A stretch of 63,878 nucleotides of DNA, counting the filler, from Phoronis australis (lineage: Eukaryota; Animalia; Phoronida): the NCBI GenBank assembly GCA_002633005.1. It is 5 parts of 5 records of this genome, joined end to end, with 100 filler letters (N's around TTAATTAATTAA, not from the genome) between each part and the next. Parts side by side here need not be neighbours in the genome. Positions count along the whole stretch, not along the records: positions 1 to 27,110 come from NMRA01001321.1; 4 more parts are not named here. One strand, written 5' to 3'. Position numbers and translations under genes: made by a program. Below, in pieces: positions 12,638 through 25,952 of this stretch (its first letter is position 1; the number at the start of each line of letters is the position of its first letter). The notes beneath the pieces were generated by a model. That model saw only the letters and a list, made by a program, of their open reading frames with translations. It was not told the origin of the DNA and made no database searches.

Positions 12638-12899
12638 CCTGCATGCGCGCACCCGGGGGGGGGGCTAGGAGGGCTCAAATGAGTCCCCCATTTGGCGAAG
12701 TGGACAAAAAGGTCCGCCTCAGAGAAACAAAAAATTCGAGAAAACAAGACAAATGTCCACTGAAAAGGCACAGCCGACGCACAGTGAAGCTGGTACTCCG
12801 GCCGATTTTTTTAGTTCTCCCTCTTTTTTGTCAGAAAAAGGTCCACATCGCCAGAAACTCGAGCCCCCCATAATAAAGACTGGATGAGCGCATGCCCTG
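12638..12899. mobile_element. Short GC-ended MITE-like element
   Basis: Inverted GCATGCGC ends with G/C-run subtermini; TSD not resolved. Confidence 0.4.
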
Positions 12900-13269
12900 G
12901 GTGCTCTTTCAGACACGCCTATTTCCCCCGACGTGGTTTTGCGTCCACAAAACGCCCCAGGGGGTCCTTTGGAAAATGTGGTGGGGCTAATTCGGAAACT
13001 AGTACTAAATACCCCAGCGGTCTTAGTGAGCAGTGATGTTACAATTTCGTAAAATGTAACATCACATTTTACATCAATATAACATCAAATACAGAGGAAA
13101 AACGTACGTTTTAGAATTTGCTGACAATTTAAAAAGCAGATTCTTGAGAAAATATGAAAGCAAACATGAAGCTAATAAAAACAACATTAAAGAAAATGAG
13201 GAACAATGGTTTCAAAATACTGTATACCCACAATGAATTTCATACGTCGTACTTATCAACATTTTGCAG

Positions 13270-13371
13270 CACTGTGCCAAGGAGAGAGGAAGTGCCCGAA
13301 TGGAGGACACTGTTCCAGCCCTAATTTCTGCAGTAACTGTAATGATGGATACTATTCACCCAAATGTGACG
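13270..13371 (+). CDS. Gene 1 exon 4 (EGF-like)
   Basis: LCQGERKCPNGGHCSSPNFCSNCNDGYYSPKCD; AG/GT, phase 1-1. Confidence 0.85.
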
Positions 13372-14513
13372 GTGAGTTGAGCAATCATTCGAAGGGAGAG
13401 CCAATAGCCACATCTGAACTAAATCGACTAAGTAAAGGACGACGTCACATTTTCGTTTTTGCCTTTGGAACTAGGGAATTCACTTAACAAACGTAAAACT
13501 TCACTGAAATTAGAATGACTGAGTATTGATCAGCATCAGTGACAGCAGAGAACAACGGTGAGTCAACTTCTACGGATACCCAGCATTGCGTGTAGATACA
13601 GCAGAATCAGAGTGGCGTTGAAGTACTTCAGGATGTGGCTATATAGTAGTTTTCTTAAATGTTGTAATTGGCTTGATGTCATTACAATTACGCCCACAGT
13701 GATGGTATAGTGTATACACCGACTATTAATAAGTCCTCGACTTTTCGCGTTGTGAAGCAAGACTGAAAATGCAACATGTACTTATGTAGCGTGTAGCAAT
13801 CCATTTCTTTTTAGCCAGTCGTGCCCTCTAAAAGCGGGACTTACCAGATTCTACGACCAATGAATTAGGTTAGAATAGTTTGAGGTTTCATGCAGAAATT
13901 AGTCAATAATGGACCACCACCAATTTTCAGAATATGTTGCGGGACCCTATTGATTTCTGGTGAAATCGGTACGCGTCACCCTCCGACGTTTCTGAAAATT
14001 GTTAAGGAATCACCAGCATGTCGTTATTTTCTACCATTTGACGTCTGCTCTAGAAAGACACGAAGACTAAGCAACCCAATTTTTGCATTGCATTCCAATG
14101 GACCGCGCTGCCTAAAAATGTTAAGAACCGCGTGCAAGGAGCATTTTAAGCGTCTGAACGTGCATCAGCCAAAACGTCTGGGTGTCCTGCAAAGAATTAC
14201 TCAACGAAGTCGAGAAAAATCGTCAGAAACGTAAGCAAAGGTTAACTTAGAAATAGATTTATATCAATCTGTGAGGAAAATACTGAAAACAGCAGATATG
14301 CACCCCAAGCCTGTAGCTGCTGTAAAATACAACTTGACTGCCGTGTCATGCAGGCTGCAAAAAATTCATTTATAAAAATGTTGCGTGCACGTATACATGT
14401 CACGCGATCTGCGATCATCATTGAAAAAAAAATGGCAAACGACACCAAGACAAGCGGAGCAATCTGTGTAAACCCTCTTGTTTAAAGAATCCTCAGTGGA
14501 GCGCATAGGATAA

Positions 14514-14658
14514 ATAGGTTATACAAAGTACGTGTTTGTACCAATTTCTTATTATATCTCGTTTCGTGATATGCAAAATTATTTGAACGAGGGCTTTTGC
14601 ATAACACAAATCTCGATATAATAACCACTGGTACAAACACGTACGTTGTATAACCTAT
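14514..14658. repeat. Fold-back palindromic element
   Basis: ATAGGTTATACAAAGTACGTGTTTGTACCA...TGGTACAAACACGTACGTTGTATAACCTAT, with further internal pairing. Confidence 0.8.
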
Positions 14659-14751
14659 ATTTATACCACAATATTAGCCTGGAATGGCAGATACAACCGT
14701 GTAATAACCCATATAGTTATCTCACTAGTGAGATAACATTTTGGCGGGAAA

Positions 14752-14822
14752 CCGAGGCCGAATTCGAACCCGGACCTCCAGAGTTTCTGGTCGCCGACTT
14801 TACCAGTACACCACTTAGCGGC
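14752..14822 (-). pseudogene. tRNA-like (A/B box) cassette inside a repeat
   Basis: TGGTGTACTGG and GGTTCGAATT spaced as in tRNA; acceptor stem poor. Confidence 0.5.
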
Positions 14823-15374
14823 TGACGTCATCGAACGTGAAAATGGAATACTTAAATGAGCACGCGCAACAATCCCATGTTCAGCAAAGGGCATTGTATC
14901 GACATTTATACGCTATGAAAATAAGACGCATAATTTCCATAAAAACGATATTTTAATTCAGTGAAATTTTTCTCTCACGTTCTCTCTCTTGTAAATCACC
15001 GATCTCCAATTTAAATACGAGTATCGTGTCGTCTGGATCCCTAGACTTGAGCATTATACTCGGTTACCAGTGGTAACCTACTTTAGCAGACGATATTTTC
15101 CCGGTCGAAGCTTAGCGTGATAAAATGTGTAGTAACCTAGTTGCTAAACCTTAATTTATAGATTCACTTTACTTCTATTTTGTTTTTAAACTTAAAAGTT
15201 TTAATTGATTTTGAGTAAAAGCATTATTTGACAAAAATAGCTCGGCTTTTCTTAAAAGGTCACGACCTCCGACCCAGGCCTCTGACACAGAAAGTAGTTA
15301 CAAAGCCGAGGCCAATCGAGAAAGGTAGATCGATTCATTGCAATGTTTTTCGTTCAGTTGGTGGTATAATAGTG

Positions 15375-15440
15375 GTGGATTTTTGAGAATTATGACCCTC
15401 GGGGCTGACGCCCCTCGGGCGATAATTCTCCAAAATCCAC
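15375..15440. repeat. Long imperfect hairpin
   Basis: GTGGATTTTTGAGAATTAT...GGGGC-TGAC-GCCCC...ATAATTCTCCAAAATCCAC. Confidence 0.75.
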
Positions 15441-16113
15441 TCGGGCTCTAGATAACAGGGGATAACGACTTCGCCATGTAATAATCTATATTTCTCTCAC
15501 GCGTCAATTACCAACGTGTTGCCAGGTAGTAGCCTGTGAAATACTTAGTCTTTGAGGTGGCTCTTATAATGTTTAACGTGGGGGGTTCAACTTCTTGTCA
15601 GCAAACTTTGGATAACTCAATATTGCTATTCAATTTCTGAGTACTAACTACGAATAAAATGTTTGCAATAAATAGAGTTCGCTTTGCAAACATTTTATGA
15701 CCAGCATGGACAGTAGCATCTTACAATGCAGCATCAATATGGCTTCCCTCCCGCAAGGGTAGGGTTCGGTAGACAAACGACACGCGAAAAATCAAGGTCA
15801 TACAAGAGCATGACGTACATGTACACTGTAAAATCACGCGAGTGGAAGGTCAAGGTTTCGCAAATACGCTAGGGACAGTACTATCAAAATAGCAGACACT
15901 GAGAATATCGATCGGCCAAGCAAGAATGTTGAATTATGGGATAGAACATGCTGTTTTCGTTCCATAATGAAATATTTCTCGCCTCACTAAGTCTTGCTGG
16001 TGACTTGCGTCAACGGAACGCATCCCATGTAAAATTCCATCATGCACTGCATCTTGTTAAGGCCGCTAACTTATACTTACAGTTTTCATGCCCAATTACC
16101 TCGCATATTTCAG

Positions 16114-16248
16114 CGTGTCCACTGTCCAGGATACCAGGCTGCTTAAAGATGACCTGTTCAAGCGGACCGTCAAACTTCGTGTGTCAGGAATGTTACCTGA
16201 GTTCCCACTCGGGCTCGGCTTATTTGCTTTCAAATAACAGATGTTTGC
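16114..16248 (+). CDS. Gene 1 exon 5 (Cys-rich)
   Basis: CPLSRIPGCLKMTCSSGPSNFVCQECY...RCL; AG/GT, phase 1-1. Confidence 0.85.
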
Positions 16249-16963
16249 GTAAGTATATCAAAACATTTGACGCCTCTTTTACTGCAAGTATATTTTCAAA
16301 TAGGCGGAAATTAAATGAAAATGATAAGTTTTTCCGACGTTTTTTATTACTGTACAGTTTCATTGATATATTTTGCGTAATAATAAGGCATCCGTGAGGT
16401 TAGGATAACAGACTGTACACGTGATATTATGACTGGAAAATGGCGAAACTATGATTGTGTGCTAGCTTGTTCCTAAAAGACTAAAAATGATTGCAAAAGT
16501 CGAAAACTGCAGAATTGTATGTTATTGATTGGCTGCAAAAAATAAAAAAGAATACTGAACATTTGCTGAGTTCCTTAATATATTCATTCCAAAGATGACA
16601 AAAATGAGCACATTCCAAAAGTTAAGTCATAATTATATCACTTTCTTGGTACTGTATACTGACTCTGCTCCCCATCCATGCGGCAGTACGTCATTCTCAC
16701 TGAACAGTAGTCAGTTACTGAAAAATAAACATTTTCTGAAAGAAGACGCACGAGGTTGGCATAATCGTTGCAGTGACTGTTACCAGTGTATTATTATAAT
16801 AATAATGATAATAATAATGATAGTGATAATGATAGCAAATGGTAATGATTAATTGCTATTGTAATTATTATTATCAGGAAATTTCGAGAGTCTTTGTTAT
16901 TGTTATTATTATCGTTACTTTTATTATTATCGTTGCCACACTTATAATTCTACATTGTTTTAG

Positions 16964-17086
16964 CAAAGTGCTCTTGGCTGTCAAACACGTGGTGTTGGCC
17001 CGGTACTTGCAAAGACAGGGGGTTGACTTCATCGTGTAGCTGCATTGCTGGATTCGCCAAGAAATTGGGGACCAACAACTGCGACA
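16964..17086 (+). CDS. Gene 1 exon 6 (EGF-like)
   Basis: KCSWLSNTWCWPGTCKDRGLTSSCSCIAGFAKKLGTNNCD; AG/GT, phase 1-1. Confidence 0.85.
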
Positions 17087-17505
17087 GTGAGTTAAATACT
17101 TACACTGTCACCCTGGATGTTGACAAAATTTTAGGAACTCAAATGAAAAAATACTGAAGATAAATTATTGACAGTGTGCCCAGGCTGCTTAAGTATGCTA
17201 TATCTAGATATTTTACATTAATATTAACGTTAAAACTTCTGGTTTTATTTCCTCCCTTGTTGTTTGAGGATCATCTTTGAGCTGTAAAGACTGGTTAAAT
17301 GGACTTTTTCAATTGAAGAAGTCAATACAGCAAGAACCCTGACTGTATTTTAGCTTAGAAGTCGACTTCCTGCGGCTCATGGATTTACCGAATAGTGGAC
17401 TCAAATGTTGGCTTCCGGCTAATTTTCAGCTCGCATAACGATCCCGGTGGAATATGTTTCCTGCAGCACATGTACAAGTTAATAAAACACGTCTTATAAT
17501 TTCAG

Positions 17506-17775
17506 TTGCTTCTGTTAGACCAAATTTGCTGACTTGTACAACGAGAGCAGTCAGCGCAAGCAACGAGTATGCCGACTCAAGTGTCCCCAACGGATCCCCT
17601 AACTCTTGTGGCAACCAACAAGACTTTTGGAGCAATTTCCAGCCAACCGAAATTAGATTCAGCTTTACGTTCGAGTTCAAAGTGTCCAATATACCTGCAA
17701 GACCAAGTCACATCAATGACTTCGTTTTCGGCATCACAGACGCATACATGCAGGTTACAACGCTGAGTAAAACAG
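17506..17775 (+). CDS. Gene 1 exon 7
   Basis: Open frame ASVRPNLLTC...INDFVFGITDAY...SKT; AG/GT, phase-consistent. Confidence 0.8.
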
Positions 17776-18260
17776 GTTTGTAATGTTCTAAGGTAAAATT
17801 ATACTTTCATACAAAACACATTTTACTATTATGTCCCATCCGAGATCGGCGATTCAGTTTAGGGTTTCCAGTCAAAAACGAGAACAAGCACTTTCATCTT
17901 CGTGGTAAGGATGCATTAGGCCACCACCTCTTTGTACTGTTTATCTTCAGAGGATGGTTGGAAAGTTGGAACGTAAACTTCGAATGCGAAATAGAGGTAC
18001 ACAACATATCTCGTCTACGAACATTATTTTGTACCTGATTTTGCATTTATCCCGTTTCTTCTTCATGTGGTTTTTCGGCTCCCTGTCTCATTTCCACTAT
18101 CTCTTTCCTTCTTACTTTCCTCGTGTTGAATCCAATGGAATGCTCTGCTAGTTATCTCCATTGAAACCTCCCAAATCTCCCAACCCGTCCTGTGTTGCCT
18201 CTGTCTAACATCCCAATCTGGTAATGCAGTGCGTTTCGTATACACAAACATATATTGCAG

Positions 18261-18399
18261 GAGTGGCGAAATACAGCGGTAACAACCGATACATATCGAG
18301 GTGTACGCACACCTATTCTTCTTCAACACCACAACCTTCGACAATCACCTGTACGAATAAACTGACATTTGAAGGAGTTGCCTTGCAGAACAACGACAA
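18261..18399 (+). CDS. Gene 1 exon 8
   Basis: VAKYSGNNRYISRC...LQNND; AG/GT, phase 1-2. Confidence 0.8.
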
Positions 18400-18527
18400 G
18401 TTAGTTTTCACTAATTATACCTGCTGAAAATACTCGAGTAAATAATTTAATTACCTTTATTTTCGGTAGTGGTCGCAACTAAAGATGACTGAACGTTTGG
18501 TTCAGGTATACTGATGATAGATTTTGG

Positions 18528-18611
18528 GGTAATAGTCACAGAGGTCTCTGATTTTGAGAACCAGAGAGAACTGGTTCTCAAAAAGAGGGACCTCTGTTAG
18601 TGACTATTACC
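18528..18611. repeat. Imperfect hairpin in intron
   Basis: GGTAATAGTCAC AGAGGTCTCT TTTGAGAACCAG loop CTGGTTCTCAAA AGGGACCTCT GTGACTATTACC. Confidence 0.75.
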
Positions 18612-18803
18612 GAACTGTGAGTGCATAATTATCGCACAACCATTCGTCATTATAGAATATACTCTCAGGCTATAATTTCTAGATCGACATTAGTGCTTTT
18701 CACAGACAACATTAGAAAATTACCTTGAACAACACTCACTAAGTCAGGCCAACGGGACACATGTCGAAGCATTGATTTCCACAGTTCTTTCTTTCCACCC
18801 TAG

Positions 18804-19938
18804 GTATTGCGTGAAATACACGGCGGTTGGAGGAGGGTACTTCAGAACAAAGAACCTCGTGAATAACACTGTGTCTTCCAAGGAGTACTACACACCAGTG
18901 TTGAGTTCAAAATCTGTTTGTCTCTTATACGACAGTGTTGAACCTATTCACTGCTCAGAGACATCAACATGTCCACCGAACACCCCTTACGAGACAGATC
19001 CCTTAGAGTTGACAAACAGGATAACCAACAACAGTAATGTTACAGTGTCTTATGGGGGTTGGTCAGACACAGGTTCCGGCGTTGCTTTGCTGGAATTCAC
19101 TTTGCACAATATGGCTGAAAAGTCGTCAAATCTTCTCGGTTTAAAAGATCGAGTCCACCAGTCGGTGAAGATTCCTAGGAATGGCGAAGGTTCATTAAAG
19201 TTTGTACTTCCGAGGCAAGGTTTGTATTGCGTAACAGCCCAAGTTTTGGACGTCTCCGGAAACACTCGGGTCGCTAGAAGATTCGTGCTTTACGACTCTT
19301 TATCGGACGTTGCGATTAGCCCCAAACCACAAACATTTAAAGTTATCTCGGCGGCTGCCAACACCAATTACGTTTGGCAAACAAACTTGAACTCGATAAA
19401 TATTCTATGGACGAGGCATTTCTATAATACGTTTCATGTTCGCAACAACATGTTGAGGCCAATTGAAAGAAACTCCCTAGTCTCTGGGTCTTACGATCAA
19501 ATTACAGGCGACCTGCCCGTTATGGGAACACGAAATGTTGACGGGATTACTAGATTTCAATACGCAGTTGCTAAGCTGCCCAGTAACATGCCGCGCTTAA
19601 CCACTCTAATGGGTGTCCCTACATCATTGACGTTAACTCCAAAGTTGAGAGACGGTGATACATACCGTATATGGGTCCAAGCTAAAGACGTGATGGGAAA
19701 TGTTGCGATAGACAACATCACTCTTCACATCGATTCGTCGCCCTCTCTGTTGACCAATGCTGGTTTAATTGGAAACGGATATAAGAAACTCTTTGTACAC
19801 AGCGTGGACGACCTCTCGAAAATGAAATTCGAGTTTAATGCCATGGACAGCGACAGCGGCCTTCATGATGTTAAGTGGAAGCTCGGAACAACTGAAGGCA
19901 GTGCAGATATCAGTGATGGATCGCTTGCCATTGTAAAG
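18804..19938 (+). CDS. Gene 1 exon 9 (FN3/Ig-like repeats)
   Basis: Lies in the 391-aa ORF; motifs GWSDTGSG, IDSSP, DSDSGL..WKLGT..G..D; AG/GT. Confidence 0.9.
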
Positions 19939-22000
19939 GTACGGTAGGCTATAAAGTTGAATCTGTAATAGCCTTAGCTCGCCGTTGTCACCCAAATGAC
20001 TCAGTTTTGATGTATATCACGTATAGTTATAAAGCTGGCTCAGAATTTATTTCTATGCTTTTAAGGAATCAAACATTTTTGTACCTGGTGAACGATCTGA
20101 CAGTTCTTCCCAAGGCAGAAAGCACCTTTACTTTAAGTAAGAAACTAAGAAACAAGTTGCACTGAGCCAGGTTTGAAGCAGACGAGAGCCCACTTAGAAG
20201 GATACCAAACTTGGTTTGGCCTAAAACATATATGGAAAACTTCATTGTACATGTACGTAACCAGTAATTGAGATGCTATGTATTACCTGGACGAGAGCTA
20301 ATTTACGTGTAAATCTCAGAAAGGCAACTAAATACGAAATGGCCACCCTGTTTGTCTACCTGAAAGCATAAATAGCTTGCTGAAAAAAGTTATATGTATC
20401 ACGTGAAACTTTGTTGCTACAGACCGAGGTTTATTGTGAAAAACATTTCATATGTTCACAAGTGCATGGGGGTCCAGCATCCGAGCGTCTGTCGTCGCTG
20501 CTGTATCTTATAAACTCCTTGCATGATCCTAATAGAATCAGAAGACAAATTTCTGACCAATTCAACTATCACTATGGTAATCTTCAAGTTTTTTACGTTT
20601 GCTTCGTATCATGATCTTCGGAGTTCCTTTATAGATTTTCCGTAAATTTCACAAATAGATTTTTATTTACAACACCTTCCTACTTTGGATGGATTTGCCG
20701 TATTCTGCGTCACCTACTGGACATTAAAAATCGATTCAGTTTCGATTTTTGCCTCTTTATCCCTCAAACAGTTAGAAGTTTCATTGTGAAAACTCAATAA
20801 GAAAACCGCAGATGACGGAAGTTGATTTTCGAACGGTTCAACTAATCTGGCTCTCTCTAGTGACGATTTTGTTGTTTTACGTCTACGATTGTATCTTCTT
20901 AACCAAGTGCAAGATCTTTGTAAAATTTGGGGGATGTGTTCTTGTGACGATGACAACAAATGTCAACAAATTGTAGACCAATCCGACTATCGCTAAGTAC
21001 CCTAGTGGTAATTTTAATTTTAGTTTAGTTCATAGATGGATTTTCGTCGAAATTCAGGCGACTGGGTTTCTATTAAGGGAGAGATAATGCCGATCCGTTT
21101 TTATTTGGATTCGATTTATTTTGCGCATCTAATGTCCGCTTTTATTTTTCGATTCCTTCCTCTTTATCTACCAAACCGCTCAAAAGATCATCTAAAGAAC
21201 TTAGCGAATGTTTCTGACGAAAAGACCGTTGCTGACATTGATTCTTGGACGACTGTGACAGCTGTGGCGCCCTGCTGCGATCACAGCGGTTTCTATCTTT
21301 AATCCACGCAAGTCATCTGACAACGGCTGCCAACAACTAGCGGACAGCTCTGCCAACCAATGTACCAATTAGTTGCAATTCAGTTTTACGTTTACCTCTT
21401 GTTGTATCTATTATAAAGACGACACCACTATTCCATTTTTTGAGACAGACTCAACGAATTCTGCGCCACTTAGTGGTCATCATTTTTAATACATTCGAGT
21501 CGTGTGCCTCTGTATACGCCCAACCGCTCCGAAGATCATTATGAAAATTGCCATTGCATGTAACCCTTCTACAAGACGGCAACTGGATTTTCACATGAGT
21601 TTATCTACTAGTGACAGTGTCTTTTCTTCGGCTCTTGAAATTTCTCTCTCCTAATTCCCCTAACAAAATTTGGCGAGTGCATTCCAATTAACTTGACAAT
21701 GGTCATTTGTTTTTTTCCACCTTTTGAATTCAGTGACCGATTTCCATGAAACTTAGCCAAATGATTTTCTTTGCTGGGACGAATATTCCTTCCCATTTCA
21801 GACGGTTTTCTTCGTATTGTGTGGCATTTAACTGACATTGTGTGGCACCAATAAACGCCCTTAGAAACACACCCTTTGCGGAGTAATCGTGGGCCTATTT
21901 AAACGTTCCGTGTTGCTCTCATATCGTTTTCCCATCCTTTGTTTTTTCCTACAAATAACACTGGCTTTAGAGTACCAAACGAGAAATATTTTCCTTTCAG

Positions 22001-23186
22001 ACACCGACCGGTGGTGATAATGTATATTGTCCAACATTGGTCGACAGCTTGTGCGAGTATTACAACTACAGCATCAAACTAAACCATCTTATAGCCGAAA
22101 ACAAGCACAGAGGAAACCATAACAGAGACTACTATTTCACGCTGACAAGCAGAAATAAGGCGTTACTCTCAAATTCACCTTTAAATGTAAAGATATTGGT
22201 CGATACATCACCACCAACCACAGGGGTAGTTCGTGACGGACCAGACGGTTCCCATCACGATGTGCAACATCAAAGTACGCTGACTCTTTCCGGAAACTGG
22301 CATGGCTTCTTCGATCACGAAAGCGGCGTTCGCTTCTATCGCTTCGTTTTTGGAGAAAATTGTATGTCAAAGCAGAATGTAACTCTGTTTGGTAGAAGCA
22401 CGACGGCGAATTTTGCAACGGATGTTGTAACAAAAGACGGGAAATATTACCTTAGCGTAGTGGCATACAATGGTGCCCATGAGCCCTCCGAAGCTGCTTG
22501 CTCCAATGGCGTAATCGTAGATAGAACAATTCCCAAGTTTAAAAACATCCAGTTTGACGGACTTCGCGTCCACGGAGGCATTACATGCTCCTTTGACCCT
22601 GAGCTGAAAGTCTGGCACGTTAACAGTTATTATACCCGAGTCCAGCTCCACCCGACAGATGAATGTAAGTCGTTGTGTTCATCAACCCAAAGTGTGGATA
22701 CTCTTCGTATACCAGAACTGAAACCTGCCAATAACTCTGATGGAGCAATCAACGCAAGTGAAAGTGATGCTATTTGCAAACAGGGGAATATTTTCAAGAA
22801 GTCTTTCCCTAAGTACATCACGACTGATCACGTACGACTGCGTTGGGATTCTGTTAGCGGGTCTCCAATAGAAGACTACAAGATTGGATTTTCTAGAGCT
22901 GATCTAGAGACAACGCATGGTGCACCGTTTTACAGCAAAACCTATTCTGGCTTTGGACAAGGTGATTCGTTCTACCTATGGATGCAAATTATCTCCAAAT
23001 CTGGAACACAGTCGAAGATAACTCTGGGGCCAATATTCGTCGATGAAACGCCACCACAATTTTCTGGAACTCTTAGTGTGAACGTGGGAAGTAAGAGAGA
23101 GGACCCTATAACAATTTCATGGTCAGCTGGTGCAATTTATGACGAAGAATATTCCAACGGAATTGACAAATATCAATATGCCGTAG
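22001..23186 (+). CDS. Gene 1 exon 10 (FN3/Ig-like repeats)
   Basis: In frame with the 385-aa ORF; VDTSPPTTGVVRDG, WHGFFDHESG, VDETPP; AG/GT. Confidence 0.9.
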
Positions 23187-23745
23187 GTAAGTGACACATT
23201 ACTCGAGTGTAACAACTCTTGGAAGGCCCGGATGTTTCAACCAGTCTCTGTTACTTGTAACAAAGATGTCGCCTGTCATTTTCTGCTTTCCTGATTGCAT
23301 GTTCTTGTTTTTTGAAGTAAATATCGTCATCTGAGCGAATCTGTGCGATAACTGAAAAATATGTTACATCGTCATTTCCCTAAGTATTGCGGTAGATGCC
23401 CTAACTGGGTTACCGTAAGTGAATCTCAAATTTCATCATTGTAGCGAAAGTAATAGCTTGTAATTTGTAAGTAGATCTGTACGTGGTAAAGTGAAATAGA
23501 AATTATTGTCCATTGAATCTATATGCAACGCCATCTTTGAACGCTACTTTTTTGATTCATGAGATTCGATGGAACCATTTGTTTCGGTTCTTTAATGCTG
23601 AGAGGAAGTTCTCCTAGTTACACACCAGAATACCAAAGACTTCCGCTTGAACCAGGTAACGAGAACTTTAAAAACTTTTTCGAAATTGCTGAGGATTGGC
23701 AAGATAGCTCAAAAAGTGTAAAGTAATACCATCATTTAATTCCAG

Positions 23746-24614
23746 GTGACGAGTTCACCATCCATTCCGCTTCACCATTTCAAGCTTTTGTACCTCAAAG
23801 TTGTGATCGAGGTACACAGTGTCTGCATGTAGAGAAAGGTCCCATTCAAAAGCATGACGCCGCGTTTGGGCGGAGTTACTCTATCAGCATCAAAGTGTTC
23901 AATCGCGCTGGCTTGAGTAGTGTGTTCACTACTTCCTTGTTTAATCTGACGTCAGGTATTCCACCGAGTGTGGGCGTGGTCTATGACGTTGATGGCGATT
24001 CCAGTTACGGTTCTTTGGTTGACGATGATTTTATGAAGCCAGGCAAATTCTGTGTTCGGTGGTCCGGTTTCAGAAGTCAAGACGAGATCGAGTATGACGT
24101 TGGATTAGGCACTGCAAAAAATCTCACCGACGTTGTGAGCTACATATCAGCTACTCAGCTAGCTGTTGTGGGTAAAGATTATGTTTGTCTCACACTGCCT
24201 GACAGGAATCTGTCGAGAGTGTTTTCCACAGTGAAAGCGTCAGTGAAGCATGATTCTTCGAGTTTTGTCGTTGCTTCCTCAGACGGTGCGTATATTTTGA
24301 GAAGGAACATTCAAAAAGAGTCTTTGAAAATATTTGATGGTTTGGGCTGTAAACACGTCAGAGAATACGAAGATGCACCCGGTTTTACATTAAATGGCTC
24401 AACTGGCTCAACGCACATTCTTCGTTTTAAACAAGTCGAATATCTATCACCATTGTACACTGTAAAACTATCAAGCTCTGAAGAACTGACTGGCGTGAAA
24501 ATGACCCAGAAAGGAGCAGAACCCAGAAACGTGCAGAACGACTTTGACGGATCAAAGTATTTCGCTTACTATACGTTTGAGTGGCGGAATGACCCATTCA
24601 CATTTGATGTAGTT
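23746..24614 (+). CDS. Gene 1 exon 11 (runs into N gap)
   Basis: AG acceptor at 23745; open frame to the gap; PPSVGVVYD, WSGF, GLGTAK..DV. Confidence 0.85.
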
Positions 24615-25255
24615 NNNNNNNNNNNNNNNNNNNNNNNNNNNNNNNNNNNNNNNNNNNNNNNNNNNNNNNNNNNNNNNNNNNNNNNNNNNNNNNNNNNNNN
24701 NNNNNNNNNNNNNNNNNNNNNNNNNNNNNNNNNNNNNNNNNNNNNNNNNNNNNNNNNNNNNNNNNNNNNNNNNNNNNNNNNNNNNNNNNNNNNNNNNNNN
24801 NNNNNNNNNNNNNNNNNNNNNNNNNNNNNNNNNNNNNNNNNNNNNNNNNNNNNNNNNNNNNNNNNNNNNNNNNNNNNNNNNNNNNNNNNNNNNNNNNNNN
24901 NNNNNNNNNNNNNNNNNNNNNNNNNNNNNNNNNNNNNNNNNNNNNNNNNNNNNNNNNNNNNNNNNNNNNNNNNNNNNNNNNNNNNNNNNNNNNNNNNNNN
25001 NNNNNNNNNNNNNNNNNNNNNNNNNNNNNNNNNNNNNNNNNNNNNNNNNNNNNNNNNNNNNNNNNNNNNNNNNNNNNNNNNNNNNNNNNNNNNNNNNNNN
25101 NNNNNNNNNNNNNNNNNNNNNNNNNNNNNNNNNNNNNNNNNNNNNNNNNNNNNNNNNNNNNNNNNNNNNNNNNNNNNNNNNNNNNNNNNNNNNNNNNNNN
25201 NNNNNNNNNNNNNNNNNNNNNNNNNNNNNNNNNGTCTTATTATATTTGTTGGTAG

Positions 25256-25952
25256 GATAAAGCAACGGTTGACTGGAAGAACCATCGTCTGCAGACGATG
25301 TACTTGTTAGTGAAAGGATATTCCCTTGCCAATGTGTACACAACCGCCGTCAAGAATTTGACATCACCAGAGCAGATGACTACATTTGACACGGCAGTGT
25401 ACGATTTAACCAAAGAAGACATGGATAGCTTCAGTCCTATTGTACACACAAAGAACATACTTTCAAGTACGCTTTCTCGACTGCATATTGCTGAAGTGGA
25501 CTTCACAAACAGCAGCACCACAGCGTATGCTGTGCTTGCTGCTCCGTTGTACGATACGTACACGTGGACCCTAACCACAGTGAACAATCCCGAGTTAAAT
25601 TGCTCCGTCAGCCCACATTGTGTTGCCGTGGTAACAAACTCTAAAAACAACGTGGAGTTTGGGAAATTGAATCTGATCAACGGAGTTGAATATTTTTCGT
25701 GTGTCCGAACAAAAAATCTGACGAGATCGGTTGGAAATCAATTACAGCAACTTCCGGAGCTTAAGATGTGCAGTAATGGGTTTGTGATAGACACTACACC
25801 CCCGGTGGCCGGTGTTGTCAGTGTCGTGAACAGTGAAAACCGGTTTGTGACCACCTACAATTATTTACATATTCGATGGACAGCGTTTGACGATCTACTT
25901 GGAACTGAAGAACACAGATCGTCTGGTATCATGTCATATTATTATTCTGTGG
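25256..25952 (+). CDS. Gene 1 exon after gap (FN3/Ig-like)
   Basis: AG/GT; CSNGFVIDTTPPVAGVV...W.AFDD...SGI..YYYSVG. Confidence 0.85.

Noticed and set aside
18511-18520. Other CTGATGA hammerhead-like cores (also about 42172)
   Set aside because: No correctly placed GAAA, cleavage triplet or stems.
24552-25343. Long ORFs spanning N runs (also 46548-46958, 54265-54768)
   Set aside because: Length is an artefact of N codons; only the flanking plus-strand gene 1 exons are real.
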